Positions 12,964 to 26,956 are shown, counted from the first letter of the stretch. The stretch: DNA of 64,000 nucleotides from Selaginella moellendorffii (GCF_000143415.4 NW_003314266.1:952463-1016462); one strand, 5' to 3'. Numbers and translations are program-made. Notes: a model not told the origin generated them from the letters alone.

Positions 12964-14149
12964 TGTAAGCATTAAATTTTTTCTTTCCAATTTGCCAACT
13001 TACCTTGTCTATCCGACCAACACTGCCTTAGCTTTTGCTAAGTTCCCTCGCCAAGGTTCTCGTTTATTGTACCAGCTCCTACTTGGTCTTACTTGGTTTC
13101 AGCTACTCACTGCACGAGCAACAGAGTATTAGCCATCCATCCACGAATTCCCAAATCTCTCCCAATCCCCCTCCCCGAGTTAGACTGGACTTAAGGTTCA
13201 GCTACACTTCCTGTAGGCATAAGCAACCAAGCACACCAAGCCTCTAAGTTTCTAACATCCCTTGGTACAACAAGACTTGTTCATGGGACCCTTTAAATCC
13301 CAAGCCTTGGGTGCAACACTTGCTTCGAGACACCGGGGCGAAACACCATGGCCTAACGGCCCAGTATAGATACCTCTATCCCCCACTTCCATCCCGAAGG
13401 GGAGGCCCAAGCCCCTAGGAAGGGTGAGGACTAATGAGCCACAAGGTACTCAGGTGGGGCACCACTCCACATGAGTCAGGAGCACTGCAGTCGATTTTCC
13501 TTTCGGGAGTGGGAGTTGCTCTTGAGCACTTCCTTAGGTGGCCCCTTCAGCACCACCCAAGTCCATGCTCACTCCCACCCAAGGCCCCTCAACCCCAGTC
13601 TCAACCTCAAGTCAGTTTGGAAGCACCACTAGAGAGTTCCTTCAAGACTAGTTCTTAGACCTCTCTATCCCTACTATACTTTTGGAACCCCCTGCAGCAT
13701 CCCCCCCACCCCAAGGAGACGCATGCTTTGGGCTTTCACCCCTTGACCTGTATTAGTACTTGGACTCGGTCTCGGATTCGATCTCGGACTCGGTCTCGGA
13801 CTTGATCTTGAACTCGATCTCGGACCCGATCTCGGACCCAATCTCGGACCCGATCTCGGACCCGATCTCAGACCCGATTTCAGACCCAATCTCGGACCCG
13901 ACTTTGGACTCGGTCTCGGACCCGATCTCGGATCTCGGACTCTGTCTCGAACTCGGTTTCGAACTTGGCCTCGAACTCGGTCTCCGAGTCGGCCTCGGAC
14001 TCAAACCCGAACTCTATCTCGAACTCGGTCTCAGAGTCGATCTTGGACTCGATCTCAGACTTGGTCCCATCCGATGAACTCTTTGTCATTTCAGTCATAC
14101 TTTTGGGGATCCTTTAGCCTACAACACCTCGGGGAGTTGGTTCCTTACA
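12964..14149 (-). repeat. 3' LTR
   Basis: tgtaag...cttaca; homologous to 19365-20151 plus 32973-33306. The adjacent sequence reads as a purine-rich PPT (gggtagtggaat) on the minus strand. Confidence 0.9.
13762..14070. repeat. 6/12-bp tandem array inside the LTR (gatctcggaccc / ctcgga / ctcgaa)
   Basis: Seen directly; counterpart at 32983-33225. Confidence 0.85.
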
Positions 14150-14549
14150 ATTCCACTACCCATAGAAGAAGTTCAATGCCCTCATCGAACGTCTCTTTTT
14201 ATCCTATGACTTGTTGACCATGTCTCCAGGGGCATCCCCTCACTTAACGGTATGCCTAAGTTAGCCTCCGCAGCCAAGAGCCCATGACAATGGAATATAG
14301 GTGTCCCTATAGCCCTCACCCCACCACGCCCTAGTATGAGGTTGGGACTTGAACCCAGCCTTGCTTTACTAGGGGGTTGGGACTCGAACCCAACCTCCGT
14401 AGAATACGTCTATGGATTCGACATCCCCGTGGGGAGTCGGGCGTAGTTCACTATGTCTGGTTGACCTAGCTAACCCATGCTAATTAGCTTATCTTCGGCA
14501 CGCCTTTGGGTCCCAACATATACCATTGCTCAACTTCACAAATTGATAC

Positions 14550-17500
14550 TTTAGTTAAACTTTGCATAAGTACATAGAGTTCTGCCTTGCAGAAATTCCT
14601 CCATTAGATCTCGCGCGTTCGCTAGGTTCTCCTCCGATTCCCATGTTGCTTCGCAGTGTGGAAATCCTTTCCACTTCACATGGAACTCTCTCATGTCGCG
14701 TCCTTGTCACTTGCTCTTGCACGCATTGAGGATGGCCTCGACTTCGTATTCCCCTTGGATAACCTCAGGTAAAGGTATTACTTGGTCCTTGCAAAGCGGA
14801 TCCTCAAAGTACGGCTTGAGTAAGTTCACATGAAACACTGGGTGCATCTTCCCCATCTCTCGAGGAAGTCAGAGATGGTAAGCCACTTTACCGATTCGTG
14901 CTTCAATCTCATAAGGCCCCACGAACCTGCTTAAGGAACTCAAGATCAATTCATTTATAGGAATACATGCATTTTTACCTTTGGGTCAACTTCCAGCTGA
15001 TCCCACTTGGTAGCCTGAGGTTCTTGGTGTTCAGCCACACCTTCTCCCCAGCTTGGAACTCTACATCCCGGTGCTTCTGGTTCGCGTACTTGGTTTACCT
15101 TTATTGAGCCCGCTCCAAGGAGTCCCTCACTAGATTCCAAATGTTGAGTCTTTCCGCCGTAAATGCCTCCACTGCAGATAACTCTCCATGATACTTGACC
15201 ACGCTGAGTTCCATAGGACCTTCAATAGCTCGCCCATTGATGACTTCCCATGGACTCACCCCGATACTTGAATGTGGTGAGTTGTTATAACACATTTCCG
15301 CAAGTCCCAAATGACTTACCCAATTGGTCTGGTCTCCCGAGACATAGCATTGCAAATAATCCTCCAGTTGCCTATTCACCCTTTCTGTTTATCCGTTTGT
15401 CAAGAAGTGTTAGTGCCATCAAACTTGACTTAATACCAAATACCTATCTGTGGGTGATAGGCTATGCTGAATTTCAACTTGGTGCGATATTGTTTTAGGA
15501 GAGTTCTCCAGAACCTACTGGTGAAGATCTTATCTCGATTTGAGATAATCTCTTCTGGCCTTCCTTACACTCGAACCACTTGCTCGAAGAATAGCTTCGC
15601 CACACCTTCCGCATCCACTTCCGTTGTGGTGGGTATGAAATGTGCCATCTTCGAAAATCAGTTCACCACCACAAATATTACATTGAACCCCTCGCTTGGG
15701 GGGAGTCCCGTGATGAAGTTCATTGTAAGACATTTTCAAGGACAATCCGGAATTGGGATGCTTTGTAACAAGCCCCCACTAACCTTAGTCACGGCTTTGA
15801 CCTGCTGACATGTTGGGCATATCTTTACATAGTTTTGGACATCCTTAGCCATATCTGGCCAGTGGTACTTCCTCTTGAGTAAGCCCATTATCTTGGGCAC
15901 TCCACCATATCCCGCAAAAGGTCCGTCATAACACTCTTCTAAGGCTACCTTCCTTAATTCCTCTTTTGGAACATACACTCTCGTTTGCTTGTAATAGATG
16001 AGTCCATTGCATTTTGCATAGTCTGTTTTCTTTTCTGTTGGCAGCTCACCTCTCTGGTGAGCTTCCCGTGCCTTTAGATTCCTCAACAACACTTCTTGTG
16101 GTAGACCATCATTCTTATATGCTATCCACACATCATCCCAAAAGGTTGTTGTCGTGCTGGATATCGCCAACATCAAGCTCGCTTTTCGACTTAGTGCATT
16201 TGCCACAATGTTGCTCTTCCCAGGCTTGTACAGAATTTTGCAATCAAACTCGGCCAAAGCATTGGCCCACCGACCTTGTTTCCTTCTCAGGTCAGGCTAT
16301 GACAAGAAGTGTTTCGTTGCCACATTGTCCATGTAAACCTTGAAGTGTCTCCCAAGGTAGTGTCGCCACTCCTTGAGCGCCTTGACCACCGTAAACAATT
16401 CCTTCTCGTGGGCAGGCCACTTCTGTTGAGCCTTGTCCAACTTCTTCGAGAAAAACGCTACTAGATGGTTGTCTTGCTTCAAAACTGCGCCTAATGCAAA
16501 GTCTGAAACATCCATTTCTACCTCAAAGTTCTTACCAAAGTCTGGTAACGCCAACACGGAAGCCTTTCTCAACTTCCCTTTGAGGAGGACGAATGTGACC
16601 TCGCATTCCGCTGTCCATACCATCTTCCCTTTTCTTGTTTGGTCCGTTAAAGGTAGGATTACTCTCGAATAGTGTTTGATAAACTTTTGGTAGTAGTTGC
16701 ATAGTCCCAAGAATGCCCTTAACTCGTGTACATTTGATGGTTGCTCCCAATCCTGGATCGCTTGGACCTTCTCAGGGTCCACCTTGAGCCTGTCCTTGCC
16801 CACCACATGCCCGAGAAACTTTACCTTTTGTTGAGCAAAGTCACATTTGCTCTCTTTAGCATATAGCTGGTGTTCCCTTAGTTTCTCAAACATCTTTGTC
16901 AAGTGTTTGGCATGCTCCTCTAACGTTTCGCTATAGATCAGGATATCGTCAATATAGACGACCACAAAGTGATCCAGATAGGGTATAAAGATGTGGTTCA
17001 TCAACACCAAAAACGTTGCCGGCGCATTGCATAGCCCGAAGGGCATCACCAGAAACTCAAAGCTCCTATACCTTGTTTGATAAATTGTCTTCTCGACATC
17101 TTCCTCTGCTACCCTGATCTGGTAGTATCTTGACCTTAGGTCAATCCTCGAGAAGTATTTTGCCTTTCCCAACCTATCGAATAGGTCCTCAATCCTTGGC
17201 AAAGGGTACTTGTTCTTCTTTGTATACTTGTTGAGCAACTGATAGTCTATGCACATGCGCATAGATTCATCTTTCTTTTTCACAAATAACATTGGCGCCC
17301 CATACAACGATTTGCTCAACCTAACATACCCTTTGTCCACCAACTCCTCTAGTTGGCACTTAAGCTCCTCGAGTTCTTTTTCGTTCAAACGATAGGAGGG
17401 ACGAACCACTGCCTCAGCACCCCTGACTAGCTCAATCTTATGTTTTATCGATCGTGCGGGGGGCAACCCCGCCGGTAGCTCCTTTGGCATGGTATTCTGG

Positions 17501-19305
17501 AATTGGTTTAACACCCGCTGGATCACTAAAGGTACTTCTTCCATTCCCGTCCTTTTATCACTCTTCATTGAGAGTAAGCACAAAAATGCTACTTTGGTTC
17601 CTTTAGTAAGTTGTCCTCTTGTGGACACTAGGTTTAGGCAAGAATCTTTGGCCTTGCATTGCCCTACGTTTAGATCCTGGGCCTTCACCCTGGATCTTCT
17701 TCCTTGGGCATTCGCTAGTACCATAAGGTTCCTACATTGTCTATGCAAGGCTACCACGAACCAATTGAACCAATCCATCCCGAAGATCACGTGAAATCTT
17801 GCCATATCCAACACGATGAAATTTCCATGTTCCTATTTTGACTCTCGCTTGTCGAAGTACCTCATCGGTGCTTTGGCTACCTTGAACAAACTCTATAATC
17901 CTTGGTTCGCCCAGCCGCTGCACCTTTAGTCCGGCTTGCCGAACTATGTTTGCAGCCACAAAATTATCCGAAACACCCGTGTCAATAAGGATCTTAACAA
18001 AGCTACCTTCGAGTTCCCTCGAAGGGCCAGTAGATGTCACGAACAACTCTTTACTAAAGTTGCTCATGCAATGAGTAACTTTGAGCTAGGGACTGGATTA
18101 CATACCTCAGTTTTAATTTCACCCGACTTAATGGCCATATTGGCTTTGGCCTTCTTTGGGTAGGGACATTCCCTCGAAAAGTGTCCCGCTTCTTCGCAGT
18201 TGTAGCATACGTTATTTCCCACGCTGCTAATTGATTTGACCTTCTTATCCATGGGTTTGTCTCTTTTTGCTTGACTCCCCCATGTACTTGCTCGTTGGCC
18301 ACCGGATTTGCCTTTTCGAAACCTTGAAGACTCATTCTTAGAGAAACTCTTCTTGAATTTCCCTTTGTTATATGTTCCCCTTGGTTTGGCCCCTTTGCTA
18401 AACGTGGATTTCGACCCTATCGTGTTCCCTTTTTGTAGGTTATTGTTGAAATGCACCTTGATGGCCACATCCAACACTTCCTTGTAGTTGGTTGGGTTCC
18501 AACACATCACCTTACCACGAGCCTAGGTTTGCAAGTATGATATGAAAGCATGGAACGCATCCATATCCCCCATGTCCGTGACAAGTATCCTCTTTGCCAT
18601 AAACCCATTCACATACTCTTGAATGGTTCCGGTCTACTTCAGCTTACTCAGCTCTTCTCTTAGATGTAGAGTAGCATTTGGAGGAACGTAAGTCACGCAG
18701 ATCCTCGCCTTCATCATTTCCCAAGTGGCCACCGGTCCTTCGCTGGCCTCTATTGTTCTCCACCAAGACTTGGCATTATTTGCCAAGTATGGTTTTGCAC
18801 ATGGGACCTTCTCCAAGCTCGGTAACTGCAACGTTTGGAAGTAGTCCTCCATATTGTAAAACCAATCCTCTACCACCTTATAGTTGTTCACTCCCTTGAA
18901 GACCGGTGGGGGCTTTGGTTTGTACTTGGGAACTGCCTGAGGGACTGATTCCATTTCGGTCTGTTCGACCTTGTCTGGTTTTGCCTTAGTCCTTGCCGAA
19001 GGGTCCGCACCTTTTGTGCTACCAACCTTCGCAGTCTTTTGCCTTTTCTTTCGCTTCTTGTCACACTTTAGCTTACATATAAGAGTCTCCAGTAGGGCAT
19101 TAGTCTGTGCCAATTGTCCTTCTAGAACATTCAATCGAGCCTTGGATGACCGAACCTCACCATTGGACTTCTGTTTGGAAGCTTCCTCACTAGAGTCCTA
19201 CTCATGCAAGGATTCCTCATCCATAGCCTCTTGTTCGACCGAAGGTTCTAGCTCTGGAGGAGGTTCTGTCTCCGCCTTGATTCGTTTCCACCCTACCTTT
19301 GCCAT
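14550..19305 (-). pseudogene. gag-pol polyprotein with stops and frameshifts
   Basis: Zinc knuckle CYNCEEAGHFSREC; protease ILIDTGVSDNF; [18 protein letters not shown]; RNase [14 protein letters not shown]; integrase fragments with GPY; C-terminal chromodomain YEVEAIL..FHVKWKGFPHCEATWESEENL (~14590-14755). Confidence 0.92.
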
Positions 19306-19348
19306 CTCCCAGCAATCCGCCTCTATCCTTCACTAGAACTGAGGAAAA

Positions 19349-19361
19349 GGTTCCAATACCA
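19349..19361 (-). promoter_or_regulatory. Primer-binding site (degenerate tRNA-iMet type)
   Basis: tggtattggaacc on the minus strand, 3 nt inside the 5' LTR boundary; resembles TGGTATCAGAGC. Confidence 0.55.
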
Positions 19362-19364
19362 AAT

Positions 19365-20151
19365 TATAAGCCTCAAATTTTTTTTTTCCAATTTGACAAC
19401 TTACCTCATCTATTCGACCAACACTGCTTTGGCTTTTGCTAAGTTCCATCGCCAAGGTTCCCGTTTATTGTACTAGCTCCTACTTGGTCCTACTTGGGTT
19501 CAGCTACTCACTGCACGAGCAACAGAGCGTTAACCATCCATCCACGGATTCCCAAATCTCTCCCAATCCCCCTTCCCGGGTTAGACTGGACTTAAGGTTC
19601 GGCTACACTCCCCACAGGCACAAGCAGCCAAGCACACCAAACCTCCAGGTTCCTAACATCCCTTGGTACCACAAGACTTGATCATGGGACCCTCTAAATC
19701 CTAAGTCTTGAGTGCAACACTTGCTTCGGGACGCCGGGGGAAACACTGTGGCCTAACGGCCCGGTATGGGTACCTCTACCCCCCACTTCCATCTTGAAGG
19801 GGAGGCCCAAACCCCTAGGAAGGGCGAGGACCAATGAGCCACAAGGTACTCAAGTGGGGCACCACTCCACATGAGTCGGGAGCACCGCAGTCGGTTTCTC
19901 TTTCGGGAGTGGGAGCTGCTCTTGAGCACTTCCTTGGGTGGCCCTTTCGGCACCACCCGAGTCCATGCTCACTCCCACCCAAGGCCCTTCGGCCCCAGTC
20001 TCAACCTCAAGTCAGTTTGGAAGCACTACTGGAGAGTTCCTTCAAGACTAGTTCCTGGACCTCTCTATCCCTATTATACTTTTGGAACCCCCTGCAGCCC
20101 CCCCCCCCCGGGAGACGCACGCTTTGGGCTTTCACCCCTTGACCTATATTA
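19365..20151 (-). repeat. 5' LTR, segment 1
   Basis: Aligns by eye to 12964-13755 up to the ATTA target site. Confidence 0.88.
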
Positions 20152-21287
20152 AAGCTCTATTTCGTTAAAGTGGGATTTATTCAGTAAAATGGGACTAGGT
20201 ACAAATTTTCAAGTATTTTAAAATGACGTGAAATTATATGTTTTTTGTCCAGGGGCTAGACATATCTGGGGCATGGTGACTAGCGTGGTGACTTTATGTC
20301 CAGACTGAGTCCATCTGGTTGTATAATAAATCTCATTGTCAAGGTGAACAAGCCGAATCTGAAGCTAAAGAAGAGCGATGGCATGCGCGCACACACTATT
20401 TGTTTGTTCATTGAGCGTGTGGTGAGCTTTCCAAGATGAACGTCATTCCTATTAGCCAGACATATCACTTAATGGTGAGAACATTTAGATATTATTCAAT
20501 GTTATCTTTTTCTAACGAATCTAATTGTGAAGGTGTAGCAAGAGGCATTGCTAGTCTGGAGAAGTCATTTAACTCATTTGACCACCCTTAGTGTATTTTC
20601 ATGAAACTAAATAACATTCATATTATTAAGGAATTTCTCTAGTACCTTTTTTTTACGACATAGAGGCTTGCATTTCTTTCAAAGGTGATTTAGTAAAAGG
20701 CCTGAGGGCACATGCCATTCTATTTCTCAGACCGGTATTAAGATATACTAGTGCAAAGGGAAAAAGGTATTTGGTGATCAAGTAAATGGCATGAGGGCAC
20801 ACGCCATTATAAGCCTAAGCGCTAGTGGACACCTCCTTTTTGGTACTCTCAGCGGTATTATCATCCTTCTCCGGGTCAGTTGTTTTGCTTTGGATTGTTG
20901 TCTCTGACATTACTGGGGCGTTCTTAATAGTTGTTAATGTTGCCGTTTGTTCAAAAAAATGATCACCTGGAGTATAGTATGGGGAGTTTGGAAGACTTAT
21001 ATATTCTACATCTTCACCTATCTCCTTCTCCGTCTCCTTTTCTGCCTCACTTACAGATTTTGTGCTTGCCATGAGAACGCTCTTCACCCTAAAATATGGA
21101 GTTCATTGTGTTATAAAAGGAAACCAACACACACGCTGCAAGGGAATGATGGTACATAAAGTACGTAAGCCCACAATATGGGTTTATGTGCCATTAATAT
21201 GGGCCACACGCCATATTATTAGATTTATGCACGTGTGATTGGTAAATGCATATGTCACATCATCTTTGTTTTACCTCACACACTATA

Positions 21288-24087
21288 TCAGGCCTCCTCT
21301 GATTAAGATTCGGATTGTTCACCTTGAAATAAAATACATTAGAAACTTAGTAAAGGAATATTAATGAATCTCACCTTGAACCCGGGTTATGAATGCTCTT
21401 GCTGCATCTCTTGCATGGTCTGGCAAGGTGATGGTGGCACTCTACTTCCGCATCCAACCATGCACAACATTATCCACCGATATGCTCATGCTGGGATCCC
21501 TTGGATTCAGCACCCATCTCTTTTCTAGGCAATCCTTTGTATATCTGGAACTTGGCTTGAACCACTCCACAGTTACATTGAAGGAGTTAGTTTTCGCGTC
21601 CTCCTTTGCATCAGTGATGCAGCGCCCCACCCATATCATTTGTTTTTTATTACTGGGTCTAACAAGCACGACCATTCCTTTGCAGACCTGTATTGGATTG
21701 AATGCTGAATCCGGCTTCTTGTTCCTCGGCCCACAATAGTGATCCTCAACATCGTTATCTGTCACTGCATTTCCAGAGGACATTGTTCCGCTACTATCTG
21801 GTGCTCTGGGTTCTGGCCAAAAGGACTCTTCCAATTCTTCATATACAACCGGCCCATTTTGGATAGCAGATATAATCTTCTCCCAGTATTTGAGCAAAGG
21901 CTTGCACCTCTGAAAATAGGATTCTCCACCAAACACCAACCCCCTCTTCCAGAAGGCAATATGCTGTCTAATCCCGGCCACTATACTTTTCTGGTCTTTG
22001 AGTCCATCCGGGTGCATCGGCCGTGGGAAACCCTGAGGAATCATAGGTTCCCCAGTTATGGGATCTCTCTTGAAGAGTTCAATGCCGTCCACTGGCAGCC
22101 ACACTGTGTCCCATTCTTTCATCTTGTACCTCATCACTGGAGCACCGTCACACATGTTGAAATGAAACTGAAGAGGCTTGGAGTGGCCAATCAGCATTTC
22201 GGATTCGTCCCTGATGTAGCCTCTTACAAACCCCTTCACCTTCACCGGGCGACCAGCCTCGTCGGAATGGCATGAGGCCTCACGTGATAACCCTACAATC
22301 TGACGGCCAACATATTCACTGGGATGGCATGGGGCCCCACGCGATACTGCAAGCCTTTGCTCCTCCTCCAGCTGAACCCTGTATGGGGTTCGATCGACAA
22401 GGGCCTTATGCAAGGGTTGGCCGTTCAGCTCAGTCTGCGCACTTTGCAGAGACCTTAAATGTTTTGCTAGGGACGCAATCATCATGTTTGCACCCCCACC
22501 ACCCCATAGAGGTACAAAGAAGTTCCCATAGTTCTGGGCACTATGCCCATGAGTGATTATGCCAAACATAGACACAGGCAGCTGCATGGATGAAGAGATT
22601 GCCTTGGGGGCAGGATTGAGTCGAGGTAAGCACGTCTTTTTCTGGTCCATTTTGTCGTGGATGATGCAGAGGTAAGAGTCAGGTCTCTCCATGGAGAGAA
22701 TCCTGTTATGATAATATGCAGTCCTGCAGCTTCTCTGCTCGATGTTGTGGTCGAGCCGCCTTCTAACCAACGTCTCTCGCTCTTGAGCGCTGCAAGAATT
22801 CTTCGACAAAGCCATTTTGATAGCAGTGCACTTGTCACACTTTGAAAAGCTGGAGTACTTTCCTATACTCACATCCCTGAACTTGTTGCTCCACAATCTA
22901 CTAAATCTAGATTGGCTCAGCTTCCGGTAGCCATTACTCTAGAGTTCCCGATTCACATCTTCCAATATGGCCCCCTTGGTATACATGGAAGGGAGAACTC
23001 GTTGGGTGTCTCGTGTTCCATCTTCCAAGAGGCGGGTTTTATGTGGTTGCTGCTCGCTACATGTCTCGACAAACCTCTTGAAGATTGCCTCTCCATATAC
23101 AACATGACCCCTGGTTTTGTGCGTACTGTCGTTCCCATGGACTGCCTGTTGAACCCTTTGTTCTTCGAACTCAGTTTTGATTCTGTAGAATGTGGTTCGA
23201 GGGACTCCATAAATGATTCTCCATGCCTTCATGCAGACCAAACCCCTCTGGAAGACCATGCCCCCCACCTGATGTTCTGAAGCATCAACAGATGACCGTA
23301 ATGCCTCATACACAAAATTGCGAGCTGCCTTCCAGGACAATGTCTTGTATCTTGCTCTCTCCTCTTCAATAGCATCCCAATCAGCATGTTGACAGCACCT
23401 CCTCTTGCAACAAGCAACTGTCGAGACCATTCGAACCTCCATCGCCATTTTCTGCCTTTTCGGTTCGTTGCTCAGATCCCTTTGGCTGCGCTTTAGGAAG
23501 GTGTACTTTCTTTTCCCATGAAGAGATGTTCTGTCATCAGTTGTAGTGGTGTTTGATTGTGAATCCTTCACATTCTCAAACACTAAGTGCCTCAATTTCC
23601 ACCGCACAATGCTTCCAATAGTCAAACTGTTTTCTTCTGTGTCAACAACCTCTAAAATCGCAACTCCAATATCATCCCAGCCCAATTCTTGATTAGCAAC
23701 CGCATCTTTTGGATCGACAACTGTGGCTAAGCCCTCAGCTACCACCTCCCCCTCGGGGTTGTTTAGAAACACCTTCGCCTGAATCCATGTAGCACGGTTC
23801 TTAAGATCCACGGAGGGAACATGCGTCGCACTTGTGCTGTCCCCAACATCTGCTTTCTTCTGAAGATTTTTCAAGGCAACAACAACATTTACCCCGACAA
23901 CCATCTCTCCTCGTTCAATAGCGACCACATTCCCATCGAAGACAGTCTCTATTGATACAGCAGCATTGCCTTCCCCAAGCCTTTGACAGTGTATAACAAA
24001 GTTCCGATCCATAGACACAAGGGTCCCTTTTGCAACTCTCTTCCCATCATTCAAAATGTAAACCTTTTCCCCAACCCTGAAGGCCAT
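21288..24087 (-). pseudogene. Copy B transposase, disabled
   Basis: Near-identical to copy A but has TAG stops at 22939-22941 and 21442-21444, and lacks ~350 bp that includes the QTDN and GHTHEDID motifs. Supplies the N-terminus missing from copy A. Confidence 0.9.
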
Positions 24088-24400
24088 TCTGAAAGTGCAG
24101 AAAAGAAGTTAAGACCATACAAAAAATGATTGGAGAATGGCTTAAATCATAACATACCAAACAACCTCAATAGCATGAGGCCACATGCCATTATTCAAAC
24201 ATGCTATTGACACCCACGTGAAATTTTGCATGTAAAAACATACATGACAATACGCTAGCCATGAAATTGCAAGGGCCCAAGATGGCATGTGGCCTCATGC
24301 CATTTCTAAATGTGGTCCTAAGCCATTCCATGGTGAACATACCAGGAAGCCCAAGTGCCAGATATCAAGAGGAAGCGGTAGCCACACCAAAGACAGTGCC

Positions 24401-24535
24401 ACTCGCAACACCGCAACTACTCGTAGCGCCGCTCGCAACACCGCAACTGCTCGTAGCGCCGCTCGCACAAACTGCCACTCGCATAAACTACCGCTCGCAA
24501 TGGCGCTCGCAATGCCGCAACCGCTCGTAGACGCA
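24401..24535. repeat. ~30-bp GC-rich tandem repeat (ctcgcaacaccgcaactgctcgtagcgccg)
   Basis: Two near-exact units plus degenerate units upstream of the transposase. Confidence 0.75.
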
Positions 24536-25326
24536 TAAACCACAGCCCACAACGCCGCTTACACAAGCAGCGCTCACTGCGCTCAGCGGAACCAAGAACA
24601 CGGCGCACAAAAATGATAGACCTAGGAATGAGTTCGAGAATTCAAAAATAACACACGCTTGAATGTCACATCAAATCCTCTGACAAACCAGATCTTATGA
24701 CTCCTCTGACAAATTTCAAACTGAGTAGCTTCTAGACTTTGCTGTCGGAGGTTGAACTTTGTCACATCATGTCCTTGCCTCGATCCAGCTGTGCCATGTC
24801 AGTGATTTGAACTTTGCCATGCCATGTCAGCGATCCGCGCCAAGATTATTCGCCGTGTAAAGGAATAATTATGCTCTGTGTGTACGTCCATTTATGGCAA
24901 TATAAGGCCACACGCCATTCAAAGAATAATGCTAGTCGAGCATTTTTTGGTGCATTTTTGGGTTCAAAATTGCATGAGCCCACACGCTATAAAGTTTACC
25001 TGTACCAAAAATAGAAACAGCTTTATTTACTTGGGAATTTAAGTGGTTGAGGCATTTTTAAACTTACAAACACATGCCCTACTTACATTCCTTTGGTTGC
25101 TTAAAATTCAAAAATATTATAAACCTTTCTTTTTGCATTTTCAATGTTTTCAATTATGGTTTTTGATTTTCGCAGGACCAGCCTAGTAATCTATTTGCAT
25201 CCCGTCATGTTTATAGCTAGCTTTTGTTTGTCCCCTTCGCTAGCCTGAGATACATCTGCTCGGCATCTGCCTCTTACAGCATTTGCCCAGAAAGGGCATC
25301 TTTCTTCACGCAGCATTTGCCACATG

Positions 25327-25359
25327 TTTAGGGTTTAGGGTTTAGGGTTTAGGGTTTAG
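25327..25359 (+). repeat. Interstitial plant telomeric repeat, (TTTAGGG)4+
   Basis: tttagggtttagggtttagggtttagggtttag. Confidence 0.9.
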
Positions 25360-26956
25360 CAATTTAGTAGCTTGATAAACATGCAAATACAGAACTTGAT
25401 GCAAAATCCTTTGATATGTCACAATGCCCCTAGGACCATAAACACATTTCAATAGAGAGGGTCCTTTCATTTCATAACTCCTTACGTAGATCTTGGTGAA
25501 ACCAGAGTTAGTGAAGTTAGTTTCTTGTGATCCCGCATCTGATTGTGATGTCCCTTTGCAGTGTCGATGGAAAGGTCAATGCACACCAAACTGTAAAATC
25601 TTGGAGCAAAATAACGGTCGGATCTATGGCAAATGCCCCTGAAACATTGTAAGGCTCGTGTGGTCTCATGTGGTGTCCGATCGAGATGCTTCTTTGCAGG
25701 GTCATCAAGAAAGATATTGTATACCATTCTGTAAAATCTAGTTGCGATCTAACGGTTGGATCTCCAGAAAACTCAAAAAAATCTCGCGCGTGTCAGAATA
25801 TCCTAGGAATATACTCCTATGTGCCCTTGAAAATGACATGCGGCCCCACGCCATTCAAGAGATAACGCCAGATGACGCCGAGAATTTTTTGGTGCATTTT
25901 TTGGGTTCAAAATTGCATGAGCCCACACGCTATAAAGTTTATCTTTGCCAAATAGAGAAAAGTTTATCTGTGTCATGTGAGGTAGTTACAGTCCTTTGTG
26001 CTCGGCATCTGCCTCTTGCAGCATTTGCACTGAAAGGGAATTTTTCTCCATTCAGCATTTGGCCCTAAAAATGGCATGCGCCCACACGCCATTCAAGGAA
26101 TAACGCCACATGACGCCTGGATTTTTGGGTTTAAAATGTTTAGGGTTTTTTGGGTTTTTTCAAAATATTTTGGGTCCAACGTTTTTTGGGTTTCTTTGGT
26201 TCAAAATTGCATGAGCCCACACGCTATAATATTGATTTGAGAGAAAAATAGAAACAGATAGAATTTCTTTATTTAGCTGAACATCTGCCATTTTTGGAAA
26301 TACAAGATGCTTTGGAATATCCAATCATGCATGGTATAAATATAGCGAGGGTATTAAATGATATCCCAATCATAATCTTTCTTTTGGATTTCGCGTGCAT
26401 GCAGTCCGAGGAATGATGACGTTGCGGATTTCTTTTGGATTTTGCGTGCTTGCATGCGCGCGGCAATCCAAAAATTAATGGTGGCGCCCAAGTCCGAGGA
26501 ATGATGACGTGGCGGGATTACCAACCGTTGTGACATTTCGCGCGTGTGAGGTTAGGTTTTGCATTTTGCTTCGTACTCGCACTCGCACACTCGCGCTCGC
26601 GCTCGCATCACACTCGCGCTCCCGCTCGCATCGCGCTCCCACTCGCGATCACGCTCACTTCTCTACAGGTTTCTCGTGTGCATCGGCGTCCACTCGTGCT
26701 TGCATCACACTCGCGCTCGCATCACGCTCGTGTGCATCAGCGTCCACTTCAAGACACACCCAGTTTGTAACTTCGCCGCCAACTCCGCCACCCACTCCGC
26801 CACCCACACGCAGCCCACTTGGCGTCCCGGGAGATTTCAGCGCCACTCTCCAACTATAAGTGGCAGAGTAGCCTTGCTGCTACGATCCGCTGCACACACA
26901 GTGCACATTCGCCAGCGAGTCCGGCCTCGATTGTCACAGCCTCCATTCGGCTTCAA

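Noticed and set aside
13674-14098. ORFs rich in SEIG/SDPI/RSGP repeats (also 33025-33274 and 60282-60524)
   Set aside because: Translations of tandem repeats in LTR or LTR-like sequence, open in several frames.
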